A stretch of DNA of 64,000 bases from Balanoglossus misakiensis (GCA_040954595.2 CM082576.2:9427129-9491128), one strand, 5' to 3'. Numbered from the stretch's first letter, positions 25,401-36,090 are shown. A program made the numbers and translations. Notes: a model not told the origin generated them from the sequence alone.

Positions 25401-28400
25401 TGATCATATACATTGTTTGTCCACATTCTGCATCATGACGTTTTCTTTAAATATATTGGTGATATTCTACTGAGAGCTGGCAACAATCCAATATACATGT
25501 ACATGGAGAAAGAAGTGTCCAATTTTAGTGGAAATTCTGTCTCTTACATGGATTGTGAATGCAAACAGTAGTCAAGAATAGTTATCAAACAGCAGAATTT
25601 TTCACCGGTAATTCAAACACTTGTAGTCTCCCCGTTGCATTTCCCCGAGGGTCAGATTGAATCAGAGGGTTGACATGCCTTCGTTGACATGTCCACTGAC
25701 AGTGTCGACTTCTTCCACCGCCAGCTCGGGGCTGGGCGAAACCCTGGACACCTTTTCCTCCCTGCTTTTTGTCGACTTCCCCCCGAAGTACTCGGCCATT
25801 CCGCCGTACGTGGTTTCCGACTGTTTGCATATCTCCTGGTGCACCCCCAGATCGCACTCCGAGAACCGCACCCCGCAACTGAAGCACTTCTTGGGGCCCA
25901 TGGGGCTCAAGTACGTGATGAAATACCTGATGTCCTGGAAGATGTTGACGAAGTTCTTAGCCAGCAGGACCATGGTGATCAGCGACGTGTAGTCGAAGAC
26001 CAGCCAGCTGGCGATTCGAATGGACATGTTGGCAACATCCACAAAGACGAAGCTGATGAGAGGGTAGACGAGGCTGTAGGGAACGGTTTGTGTGTCGCCC
26101 GTCGGGGTCTCGTACCGCAGGTCGTGGATTGCCAGTATGGGCAGGAAGATGAGCATCACCGACGTGAAGGTCAGTATGAATATGTCCATCGCCAAGGGGA
26201 TCTCGTGCCGGTTTTGCTCCACCGTCCACAGCATGGTCAAGATGTCCAGAATGTCGATGAGGTTGACGGCCACGCCGGAGGTCTCCGATCGCAGGTTGGC
26301 CCCCCTCTGACAGAAGGGCTTGACGTTGTGGTGGATGCCCACCAGCATGACGAAGAGCACGGGCACGAAGAAGTAGAGGGTCAGGCTGACGCCGGAGGCC
26401 CCCAGCAGATTGTCCATGGCCTCCGGGTTGTGGTAGATCAGGGCCACCTTGGCCACCTGGAGCGCCATGAAGGCCCCCCACTGCACCATGGCGGTCCAGA
26501 GAGCCGTCTGCACCACCGCCTGCTCGTAGGGCCCGGGGGTCCCCAGCGTCCGCATGGCCATCACGATGAACAAGATCCAGATTGCCAAAACGGCAACGTC
26601 GGCTATGATCAAGTACCCGTAGTTCAGATTGTAGATCATCAAGTAGGCGTCCAGAATGGCCATCATCAAGCATATGAAGACGGACGACAGGACGGAATCG
26701 ACTAGACGGAAAACGGACGGCATTGTGTCAGTCACGACTGCGTTTTATCTTCTGGCCCAAAACAAAAAAATGCCAGCGATAACTGAGAACTCTCCTGACA
26801 CAGCCAGCCAGCAGTGTTTCAGTTGCAGAATGTTATTGTCACCTGGGTTTATCAGCAAAACGGTCACCAGTTTGGGATGGGTTCATTAAATATTAAACTA
26901 AGCTTGACAATACAAGGATGATATAGTTTATCTGACAGACATACCGATGTGTTTTAATTCACCTGTGGGATTGAGTGATTTATGTGTGCGCTGTGTTGAT
27001 TGTTGGCATACGGATCTGATTCAATGCCAGTACTTATAAGAAATATCACAGGACATGATAAGTTGCATGCAAATTACAAATGTATTATTCACCATCATAT
27101 CATTGGATAATTCACATTTCAAAGTTAAACATCATGTCAACTGAGTTTTATAAACTTGACTCATACATGCGTATAAAAAAATACAGGAATGATTGAAGTT
27201 TTGAGAAAATGCCCACATTAACCTCCTGTGTGTTCCTTCTTGTCAAGGATTTTGAAAAAAAACTTCAACTGTATATTGTTGTATTTCCACTCTGTAGGAC
27301 TAAGTTTATATTTTCTATAACGTGTCCATAGAGACAGTTGTTTTTCCATAAGAAGCACATGAATTCATGTCTCTCTGTTTCAAGTTCCTTTAACGTCTTT
27401 GCAATGTGAAGGAGTAAACTTAAAAAGACCTAATAAATGTATTGGTAAATAAAGTTTCCCTACATAATCTTGTAGGAGTTGTCAAACCAAGATGAGTCTT
27501 GTAAAATTGAAATTGTTGCATTGTCAAAAGTTTATATTTGTCATATATGTACAAGCAAGAATAAATGTAAATTCGACAAAATCTCGTGTTCACCCATGCA
27601 CACTACATATCAGATTACTGTGTTACTCAAACAAACAAAAAAATTATCTAATTATCAACTGTACCTATTTGATTACAGGATATTAAACCAAGTGTATCAT
27701 AAATGTTGATGAAATATTCATAATCACATCATATAAACATTAAAAGCTTCCATATGCAGCATTACTCAACCTTCATATGAACCAGTGTCTGTCTGATGTT
27801 TAAAGCCAAAAGCCGTGTGCTTTGTTTGGACCTCTGTGGCATTGAAAGGACATGACCCCTGTTATTGATCTGTCTGCACAGCCTCACAGCCCACTTGTAT
27901 GTGTCAGTCAAATTCATGAATAATGACTTGGGTACTAGAAAACTATATTGTCTGCCAGGTCTGCTGGGAGTTGTAAAATACATGTATGGTTCATGCATGT
28001 ACCACCATCCTAGACTTGGAAGAATTTATTCCCAAAACTGCAAACTAACACAATTCACTCTTTACTGATATACAGTTAAGTATCATAGCCAGTTTAAAAA
28101 AATGATCCAATTCTTACATGTTTCACTTGTTCAACTTCTGGATGGTTCTGTAATTTGTTTGGTGGTTGCTGCTAGGTGACGTCAACTTCAAAAGTAAGGG
28201 CTGGCCTGTTTTGATACTTTGCGCCCAAAGTGAGTGGGATGGTGGGAGGCGGACGTCGGTCTGGGAAATAGACAGCAACAGAGAGAGAGGGGGAGAAAGA
28301 GAGAGAGATTCCAGCATACATATATAGAGGCTGAGCATTGATTCATTCAGGGTGCTGACAATCTGCTCCCAAACAAGTCGTTCAAAGTGGAAAGAAGGGG

Positions 28401-31400
28401 TGCGACTTATAATACCGCCGCGACTTATAAAATGACTTTGACGGGGTACCTGTCAGTCATTTTTTTTTCATTATGAAGATAATGTCTTGCTCTTTTGTGT
28501 ATTGGGATGTGTCAAAAGTCGAAATATTATTCAGATGGCCTCAGTATTATTCGTTCATACGTATCCCTCGTTGAAATGTGGGTTGGATGCGCGGTTGGAT
28601 TCCTCCGCCCAACGCTCGGTTGCTTTGTGGCGACTTCGTACGGCTTGGGTGTTTACGCTCTTGAAGTAAGTGGATGCCGGGTTCGGGCACTTGCAGAGGC
28701 TGCTGTGTTGTTCCATCTCGCACTCGGAATATCGAGCCTTGCAAGACGGACACTTGACCGGTCCCAGTTTGCTGAAGTAGACCACTATGTAGCGGATCCC
28801 GACGAAGATGTTGACGACGTTCTTTCCGATGAGGACGCTGTTGAAATCTATTATCTCAGTGCCGACGGTCGAGGAACTCTTAAACACCAGCCTGTTGACG
28901 AGACGGATGGCGAAGCCGGCAGCGTTGACGGCGACCAGGCTGACTGCGGGATAGACGGCGCTGAAAGGGGTGGCGGTGTCCTCGTCGTCGTTGGGCGTCG
29001 AGTAGCGGCTGTCGTGCAGCGCCAGAAGCGGCAGCCCGGTCAGCACGATGGTGGCGTAGACGAGGATGGCGATCTCCATGATCTGGTGCATCCTCTGGCC
29101 CGTTTCCAACCCGACCCAGATCATGGTCAAGATGTCAATGATGTCGATCAGGTCCACCACCACCTCCACCGTCTCCGGCCGGAGATGGAGTCCGCGCTGG
29201 CAGAAGGGCTTCACGTTGTGGTGCATGCCCACCATGGTCAGGTAGACGGTGGGCAGACAGATGTAGAAGGTCAGGTTCAGCCCGTCCGGCCCCAGCACAT
29301 CGCCGGGGGTCAAGACGGTCAGGTAGTAGATGCACACCAGTTTGCCGACACTGAGGAGCACCAGGGTGACCCACTGCAGCATGGCGGTCCACAGCTTGGT
29401 CTGAATGACCGCTTGCTCAAACCTGGCCGGATGGTGCAGCAGCCTGCTGGCGTACACGACAACACCGATCCATAGACCCAGAACGAGGACATCGCCAATG
29501 ATGAAGAAACCATAATACAAGTCGTCTCTTATCAGGTACAGATCTAGTACAACCATCAGCGCAATTACAAAAGTAATCGAGCCTATGCTGTCCAGAACTC
29601 TGAACACTCTACTTGCGCCAACCATTTTGGACGGTGGAATATTCACACCAACCTCTGTACGTGCAGATAATTATTGGTCTGTTGTCATGGGAACTTCTTT
29701 TGACGAACAACAATGCACCAATTCACTTCTGAGGTTGTCGCGGCAGGGGCAACTACCTGTAGTGAATTGCCCAAAAGGCACCAAGATTATGCACAGTCCC
29801 TTTTCGTTAGATTGATTAGATTGTGTTGCGTCGTCAAGTTGCGACGTATTGGGGGTAACCCAAATACATGTAAGAGGCAGGGAATGGTGGGAACAATGGC
29901 ATTACAAATTTGAGTCACGTAACAGACGTGGACCATAAAAACATATTGTTGGGCGTTGCCAATAGTAAAAAGTAAACAAACAAGTGCCTAGACTTTTTAT
30001 GCGTTGTTGAAGGGTAGGTAAGAGTACACATCACCTTTCACGCAAGTCTTTGTTCAGTGATTTGGGCCAAAAGCAATAACACAATAAATGCTGCAGACTG
30101 TACGTGCCACATGGACAGATTTTCAGAAAAAAATGATAGTCCTCCAAACCTTTCACCTCTTACCTTATATTACAGTGTGTGGGAAATCTTTTTTAAAAAC
30201 AAAGAAGATTCCAGGGTGTTCACCATCTTGTTTGCACTAAAATCACTGTTTTAACATGTCTCAATAGAGTTAACATGTAGATTGGCAGCCTTTTTTAATT
30301 TCAAATTTGGGGAAATTTTTCTCTGTCATGCAAAAATTTGCACATTGACCCCTGATATTTATTCTCAATTTTAAGAGGGGTTTATAATCTGAAGTTGCTG
30401 TCAGCAAAATATATGAACAAAGGGTTAAGGCTCTTAGGCGTATATTGCCCTTAGTGCAGCGCCACGCCAGTTCTCTCGCAGCTTGCTGATAATGCAACAC
30501 TGAGAAAAGCTGCTGCCATCACTGCTGATGTAAACCATCCATTGCATTCCTGCTTTGAAATGTTACCCTCATGTCCTAGATATCGTTGCCTCAGGTGTTT
30601 TAAGCTATTAGGTTCAGCAAGAGCTTTAAGGCAAATGGCCATCAGAAAACTTAATACCTGATATGTGTATGTTTTTGTCCTTACGTGATTTTGTTGTGAA
30701 AGATGCAGCCATTTAGTGTATATTGGTTTGTTTTCTGTGTAGAACTTTTTAATACAATTGTTGTCATAGCAACAGTAACACTGTCTCATCCGAAGTAAAT
30801 TGTAAATAAGAAATTGTATGACGATACATGTAGATACCATTAAAGGGACAAAGTCTCTCTCTCTCGCTGCGCTTTTTCCATGAATTATGTTTGATATAAG
30901 ACACCATTTATGTCATTCTACTTGTGGATATATATAATTGAAACAATGTTCGACCACACACAACTTCCATCCCATTTGTACATGTAGGATATGAGAGCAA
31001 AATTCTTGCCAAAATGAATAAATGGTAGAGACCGATTATTCATTTGGCGAGTTTCTCACTCGCGTTCATCCAATGCCTGGTGTCAGTCAAGCCCGGAGCA
31101 ATATTGCTTTGAGAGTTTGTCTTTTGCTACAATTCCGATTTGTAGAGGTACATCATAGTGTACATACGTGTATATGTATGTTTGTCAGTTTGTTTTGTGA
31201 CATGACTTACATTTACACAGCTGTACAACTGCTACTCGTCGTACATGTATGTCCAGAGCCAACGAAACAGGTGCTCAAGAATCTTATTTCAAACTAGCTG
31301 AAGGAAAAAGTGCTGTGGCATACATGTAATGCATGTCAAATGTTTTCAGGATTTGGTCAGTTTGATACATTGGAATGGATTGTGTTCTCAATATCACATG

Positions 31401-34400
31401 GTCTGTAATGATGCCGTATTGTCCACTCTTCTCTTCCTGTATACAAACTGAATACTCAATCATGCCAACATTTTGCCTCTCAGATTGAGAAATATAACCT
31501 CTTTCTTGTGATAGGAGAGCGAAAGAGACTGGACGGTAAGTGCATGATATGTTTAGATACATTGTATGCAAGCCTGGCTAGTCACAGAGAGTGTTATTTT
31601 ACAGTTTGTATTGAATGTAGGTGTCTTTAATAATTCAAACTTTTGTGTCATCATCGCATTTATACAATGTGTACACTTTGGATGCTTTCCACATCAGCCA
31701 GCTGCATGTCACTAACGCTTTCCCGTTCTCGTAGTCCAGAGTTCAACACCTGAAGGTGTGTGCCACTTGGAAAGACCTTACTCTGCCGGGCTGTTCTCCT
31801 CTTGGTGGACTTTCCAGAAAAGTATTCAGTCAGTTGCCCGTAGGTGGACTTGCCCCGGTTACACATGGCCTGATGGTGCGCCAGGTCGCATTCGGCAAAA
31901 CGCACGCCGCACGCGACGCACTTCTGCGGGCCCGTGCCGCTGTAGTACATGACAAAGTATCGGATGTCCAGGAAGATTCCGATGAAGTTCTTGCCCAGCA
32001 GGACGATGGTGATGCTCGTCAGGTGGTCGTAGAGCAGCCAGTTCACCAGTCGGATGGTGACGTTGGCGATGTCCACGAAGACGAAGCTGAGCCACGGGTA
32101 GACGATGCTGTACGGGATGGTGTGGGTGTCGCCGACGGGGGTTTCGTACCGGGAGTCGTGCAGCGCCAGGATGGGGAGAAATATCAAGAGCACGGAAGTG
32201 TAGCTGAAGAGGAAGTACTCCATCCAGTCCGGCAGACTCTCCGGGTCCGCGGCCGTCTCGGGCGACCACAGCATGGTCAAGATGTCGAGAATATCGATGA
32301 GATCGATGGCGACGCCGGAAATGTCCGATCGGAGGTTGACCCCCCTCTGACAGAAGGGCTTGATGTTGTGGTGCATGCCCACCAGCATGACGTAGAGGCC
32401 GGGGATGAAAACGTAGAGAGTCAGACTCACCCCGCTCGGTCCGAGAAGCTGCTCCAGCGAAGTCAGGTAGTAGATCACAGCAACTTTGGCAATCTGCACA
32501 GCCATGAAGGAACCCCACTGGAGCATGGCTGTCCACAGCTCTGTCTGCACTATGCCGAGCTCGTGGGCTTCAGGTCGCTCTAGCGTCTTGGAGGCGAGCA
32601 CGGCGAAGACAATCCAGACAGTCAGGACGACGGCATCGCCGATGATGAAGTATCCGTAGTGGAGGTTGGCTATCATCAAGTAGGCGTTGAGTACGCACAT
32701 GGTCAGGCACACGAAGATGACTGATATGACAGAGTCCACAACGCGAAAGGCCCGAGTCATATTGGTCCGATGCTCAGTGCACAGTCAAGCAGCAGATACT
32801 GAACTACCGTTGAGCCGATGATATAATAAATACCTGAAAGTAGTTGTTCCCCAATGCTATCGTATCTGGTCAGGTTTCATTTACCATGATCTCAAATTGA
32901 TTATACATGTATTCAGTTATGGGTCTTGAGGGTCCAAATTGCTTGGAAAATGGCCCACACATGCATGTACTTCTGCCTGGGACTTGGGTAACTTTCTTAG
33001 TTAGGCGGTGGCTGTTCTGATTTCAGGGCATCTCAAGCAGTGTGATATATGTCGTATTATGTGTATGGTTTAAACATTAATCATATTATACACCTTGCAA
33101 TTGTTGGGCTGGCACAAGATGATGCATTTGATCTTGTTTTCAATACTAGCCGTCGCAAACACGGCACTCGACATGTTGTAAGGTTACTCAAACAGTCACT
33201 ACATGTATTTATGTAAAGAAAAGTCTCTGTTTCTTATCAGACACAATCTCCGCCGAGAGGTATGAGATTAAGACGGCAACATGCCCATGGCAACAGTGCC
33301 AAACTTTTCAAAACACCTTCTTGAGTTACATGTAACCATCTCCATAAATGTGGTAATTTACAACGTAACTTGATATACTACATGTATGTCTCGACGTTAG
33401 CTGTCATAGCATGGCCATGAAATAGTAAGGTTTCCAACATCCAAAAATTAGCCAAAGATTAAAGTAGTTGTTGTTGTTTTTTTTTGTTGTTGCATAAATG
33501 TGGTGGTTTTTTTTGCTAATTTGCATAAAATCAAAATGGCCGCCGAGGTGACACAATATTCACCCTTTTGTAAATTTAGACAATATTTGAAATTTTGTTC
33601 TGGTTGACTGTTCCAGACTTTAAACTCAAAATGATTAACTCATACCAACAAAATGTCAAGATGTAGAGGTCACGCAGAGGTCATGAAAGTGGCCTGTTCC
33701 CACATCCATTTGGAACTGGAACTTTGTATTAATTCTATTAAAGTTGGATACAGATACACATACATATACTAGAAAATATCAGCCATCTACAGATTGGTTT
33801 TAAAGTGTACCATTATAGTGATATGAAAATATACAACATTAAAAATGTAAAAAATGTTTTCCCATTGCAGAAAGGCGTAGCCATTGGTCAGTTCTGCAAA
33901 GATTTCAATGAAAGAACAAAGGACGTACAGGAAGGCATTCCCCTACCAACAAAAATAACTGTCAAGGTAAGAAATCAAAGGACACCACATTTTTGTAGTG
34001 TGCAATTACGGTCACCTTATTTGGCTAGTAATAACCGTTTCCTGCGTTGCATCCTGTTTGGAATGTCAATATTTGGCAACAAACACAACTCTTATCAAGG
34101 TCAGGTTGTGTCATTCACACACTGTATTAAAGTCAGAGTTGAGATGAATATACCTATAGGTATACTAGTCCCAGGTCAGTGTAAATATGCCTGTCAGTGT
34201 GTGTCTAGACATTCGGACTTCAGCATACGCGTACCTGCAAGAAAATGTGACCACGACCCTTGCTTATGATCACCAAAGACAAACTAAAACAAATGATTTT
34301 GTTTTGCCAGCAACATTTCAGCCCAGGCAACTAAAAGAAATTCTGGCAAAAAAACCCTCTGTGTTCAAAGGTTTGAATGAGATCACATTTCGACACGGTG

Positions 34401-35549
34401 TCTGATTCAGCGCATAGCCACTCAGCCATGACTTGTCAGTTGGCAAATGCTTGGGTATTCAGATTTAGATGAGAATGCTGTCCTTTACACGTGCTTACAG
34501 TTTGTCTCAAAGTGAACAAATACAGTACCGGTAATTGAATTTTTATTGCAAGAGAAACACATTTTCTACTTCAACGGGGAAGCTTCATAGCAAGACTGTT
34601 TCTTTCGGGTTCACATTTGTTTTGAATTCGCCCATAAGGGGAATATAGTCAGTGTACTGACTACAAGTATTGTAACTCTGGGATGAAGGTCATTCGGATA
34701 ATTGTGTATTCTTGTTTACAGTCTGATAGAAGTTACGCAATCAAGATGAGTAAACCCCCTGTGTCGTACTACTTGAAAGCCGCTGCTGGGATATCAAGGG
34801 CAGCCAACAATCCAGGTATGTAACTGTGAAGGTCTTGTAAATAGTGTTGTGATTTGGTTTTTATCATCGGCAAGATTTCAAAAAGGCGTGGCTCTACTGT
34901 GCAGTTGGAAAATTTTCATTACGTCTCTACCCTCTTAATTTTTTAACCAATTATACCAAAGTCTGGTGGAATTGTGGAAATCGTTGATTTGAATAAAGAT
35001 TAAGTCCACAGATTAGGCCCTGTTTTTGGGATGACACCATGAAACCAAATTTTGCTTGAAAATGACAAATTGGACATTAATGTCATGTCAAAAACTGGCT
35101 CCACTTCAGTTGCCCATGCTGATCAGCTCTGATCTGTACTGTACATGTACCAACACTAGGATTGGGGTTTTTATTATGCTGTGGTTGGTAAGGTACCGTG
35201 AAATACTTCCATTCAGTCAGTTAGTCACTCACTCACTCACTCGTAAACACATTTCACTGATTTAAACCGGATTCTCTCATATACAGGTAAAGAAGTTGTT
35301 GGAAAGGTTAGTTTGAAACATGTATATGAAATTGCCGCCATCAAAAGTGAAGACGAGGTGTGGGAAGACGAACCCTTGGAAAATATCTGCAAGTCCATCA
35401 TAGGTTCGGCGCGTTCAATGGGCATCGAAGTGGTGTGTGAACTAGATGTGGATGAATACAGACAATTCCTTGTTGAACTTCAAGCGAGAAAAGATCAGGA
35501 GAAACTTGAGAAAGAAATGTCGGCAAAAGCAGCTTTTGGAAAGAAGTGA
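19437..35549 (+). CDS. MRPL11: Mitochondrial ribosomal protein uL11m; exons 19437-19583, 33871-33966, 34722-34815, 35287-35549
   Basis: The exons give [18 protein letters not shown] | [32 protein letters not shown] | [23 protein letters not shown] | [12 protein letters not shown]...[20 protein letters not shown] phases are consistent. Intron 1 spans 19584-33870. Confidence 0.96.
19931..20082. repeat. (TATG)n / (TCTG)n simple repeat
   Basis: Runs of gtatgtatgt and gtctgtctgt. Confidence 0.9.
21507..22589 (-). CDS. TMEM121/CECR6-family multipass membrane protein with C-terminal C2HC zinc-finger motif (paralog 1, A type), nested in MRPL11 intron 1
   Basis: 360-aa uninterrupted ORF with 7-8 hydrophobic helices. 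Motifs [38 protein letters not shown] and GKN match my recollection of TMEM121 (DAYL, VGD, VPGLFLLLV, DLLDLLD, LLVLPCVAL, GKN). CQHC-x11-H-x3-C lies at 21687-21746. Confidence 0.85.
   Translation of the reverse strand: MNGRLFRIVDCIASVVLVIVLMATFDVYLMMDNLNYGYFIIGDAVVLAVWIYFAWHATKILDSPAPYERQVVQTELWTAMLPWALFMLLHIAKLFCIYYYTPLDHPVLGPGGLSLALYACVPTLYVVLVGMHHNVKPFCKRGLSLNSETAGVVIDLIDILELLTIIWGESAAAHQKLPKGMEIFVFVYCSLLLLTVPILALHDCRYGVPVGEDHAVPHSIVYHLFSFLTVNFAGIVIRLVNWLAFQHLSAVNVVLLGKNFVGLFLGARYLVVYFSELGPQRCQHCGDRFSECEMMKHQPVCKRTKRTSRYFQSQATTAVRRRTVRESMHATNNNHNEMEVHTDGGKVNPICDPEDVTGCI
23270..25140. repeat. Diverged direct duplication with a period of about 1.05-1.15 kb between paralogs 1 and 2
   Basis: About 23272-23375 (gaaccatttat...gctgatggtggt...ttctgctgcctgcttgacatg) recurs at about 24322-24423. 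About 23785-23975 (gcttggcaacagg...gtgcaaacat...gacagagcat) recurs at about 24932-25110. Confidence 0.8.
25662..26723 (-). CDS. TMEM121-family protein with C2HC zinc-finger motif (paralog 2, B type)
   Basis: The first ATG is at 26723 (MPSVFRLV); the ORF-track start is a GTG. Same motif set as paralog 1. CFSC-x11-H-x3-C lies at 25827-25886. Confidence 0.85.
   Translation of the reverse strand: MPSVFRLVDSVLSSVFICLMMAILDAYLMIYNLNYGYLIIADVAVLAIWILFIVMAMRTLGTPGPYEQAVVQTALWTAMVQWGAFMALQVAKVALIYHNPEAMDNLLGASGVSLTLYFFVPVLFVMLVGIHHNVKPFCQRGANLRSETSGVAVNLIDILDILTMLWTVEQNRHEIPLAMDIFILTFTSVMLIFLPILAIHDLRYETPTGDTQTVPYSLVYPLISFVFVDVANMSIRIASWLVFDYTSLITMVLLAKNFVNIFQDIRYFITYLSPMGPKKCFSCGVRFSECDLGVHQEICKQSETTYGGMAEYFGGKSTKSREEKVSRVSPSPELAVEEVDTVSGHVNEGMSTL
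27655..27925. repeat. Diverged copy of the 24015-24310 segment
   Basis: tgtacctatttgattacagga...cttccatatgcagcattac...ttgaaagg.catgacccc...cacagcc.cttgtatgtgtc occurs at both places. Confidence 0.8.
28398..28448. mobile_element. Possible terminus relic of a pogo/Tigger-type MITE
   Basis: gggtgcgacttata...gcgacttata...acggggta resembles the ends of Tigger-derived MITEs. The other end was not found. Confidence 0.3.
28555..29625 (-). CDS. TMEM121-family protein with C2HC zinc-finger motif (paralog 3, A type)
   Basis: The first ATG is at 29625 ([11 protein letters not shown]). Same motifs as the other paralogs. CPSC-x11-H-x3-C lies at 28693-28752. Confidence 0.85.
   Translation of the reverse strand: MVGASRVFRVLDSIGSITFVIALMVVLDLYLIRDDLYYGFFIIGDVLVLGLWIGVVVYASRLLHHPARFEQAVIQTKLWTAMLQWVTLVLLSVGKLVCIYYLTVLTPGDVLGPDGLNLTFYICLPTVYLTMVGMHHNVKPFCQRGLHLRPETVEVVVDLIDIIDILTMIWVGLETGQRMHQIMEIAILVYATIVLTGLPLLALHDSRYSTPNDDEDTATPFSAVYPAVSLVAVNAAGFAIRLVNRLVFKSSSTVGTEIIDFNSVLIGKNVVNIFVGIRYIVVYFSKLGPVKCPSCKARYSECEMEQHSSLCKCPNPASTYFKSVNTQAVRSRHKATERWAEESNRASNPHFNEGYV
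30470..30830 (+). mobile_element. Degenerate 3' end of a non-LTR retrotransposon (Rex1/Babar-like ORF C-terminus)
   Basis: Frameshifted translation [33 protein letters not shown]...RFSKSF...AIRKLN* matches the recalled HPLH..F..LPSG.RYR...R...SF...AIR.LN tail. An AT-rich 3' UTR-like stretch follows. Confidence 0.7.
31015..31072. repeat. Short dispersed repeat, second copy at about 44178-44228
   Basis: gaataaatggtagagaccgattattcatttggcgagttt versus gaataaatggtacagaccgatttattcattttggcgagttt. Confidence 0.75.
31660..32760 (-). CDS. TMEM121-family protein with C2HC zinc-finger motif (paralog 4, B type)
   Basis: 366-aa ORF from ATG 32760. [12 protein letters not shown] resembles recalled TMEM121 LPLWAEGLTFFY. 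CVAC-x11-H-x3-C lies at 31861-31920. Confidence 0.85.
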   Translation of the reverse strand: MTRAFRVVDSVISVIFVCLTMCVLNAYLMIANLHYGYFIIGDAVVLTVWIVFAVLASKTLERPEAHELGIVQTELWTAMLQWGSFMAVQIAKVAVIYYLTSLEQLLGPSGVSLTLYVFIPGLYVMLVGMHHNIKPFCQRGVNLRSDISGVAIDLIDILDILTMLWSPETAADPESLPDWMEYFLFSYTSVLLIFLPILALHDSRYETPVGDTHTIPYSIVYPWLSFVFVDIANVTIRLVNWLLYDHLTSITIVLLGKNFIGIFLDIRYFVMYYSGTGPQKCVACGVRFAECDLAHHQAMCNRGKSTYGQLTEYFSGKSTKRRTARQSKVFPSGTHLQVLNSGLRERESVSDMQLADVESIQSVHIV

Positions 35550-35879
35550 TTTCCACTGATGATGAGGAAGTGTCATTGCTTGGATAGGAAAAGCACTGTG
35601 TGATAAAAAAAATGCCATGTGTGTGTTTTTGAGAGTGTGGGGAGAAATCACCTCTGGGATGGAAGCTTTGCGAAGAAGATAATGACAAAAGAGAACAGTG
35701 ACAGTTCTGCTACCCCTAAAAAAAAACGACCATGAGAGAGGCCATTTCTTTAATTCATAACCGACCGTGGTTTCACATACCTGGTGGTTGTTTCCTTTCA
35801 GTCGTTGAAATAAAAACTTATGATCACCATCACTTATTTTGTGTTTCCTTGATCATCTTATTGTGTTGACACACAGTGT

Positions 35880-36090
35880 AGCATTATAGCAAGCCCTTTT
35901 TGGACACCTATGTCTCCACAATGTATGTGTATATGTGTCTGTCTGTCAAGTCCGTCTGTTCGTTTGTCCATCCATCAGTGCGTCCCTCCATCTTTAAACA
36001 GATTTTGTTCTACTCATAACTTGAGATTGTTTACTGGGTCCACACCTAGGCCCATGCCAAAACTATTAATACCGATGATTATGAGAAGAT
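35880..36090. mobile_element. Probable relic of a Helentron-associated/DINE-like non-autonomous element
   Basis: A degenerate gtct/gtcc microsatellite core followed by the ctcataacttgag motif typical of such elements. Confidence 0.35.

Noticed and set aside
21507-31675. PDZ-binding C-termini (GCI, STL, GYV, HIV)
   Set aside because: All end in an aliphatic residue, but only STL fits a canonical class I motif. Too weak to claim.
21542-32583. Long plus-strand and alternate-frame ORFs over the nested genes (e.g. 25689-26705, 28495-29475, 31756-32583, 21589-22443)
   Set aside because: Shadow ORFs caused by GC-rich third positions in the real minus-strand CDSs. They show no domain-like features and their ends are inconsistent among paralogs.
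21507-32760. Nested proteins as GPCRs or chemoreceptors
   Set aside because: They are multipass and tandem, but lack DRY, NPxxY or other GPCR motifs. The motifs fit TMEM121 instead.
33515-33550. ATTTGCAT octamer plus CAAAATGGCCGCC as the promoter of the nested array
   Set aside because: This motif combination is common inside invertebrate non-autonomous transposons, and nothing else supports a TSS here.
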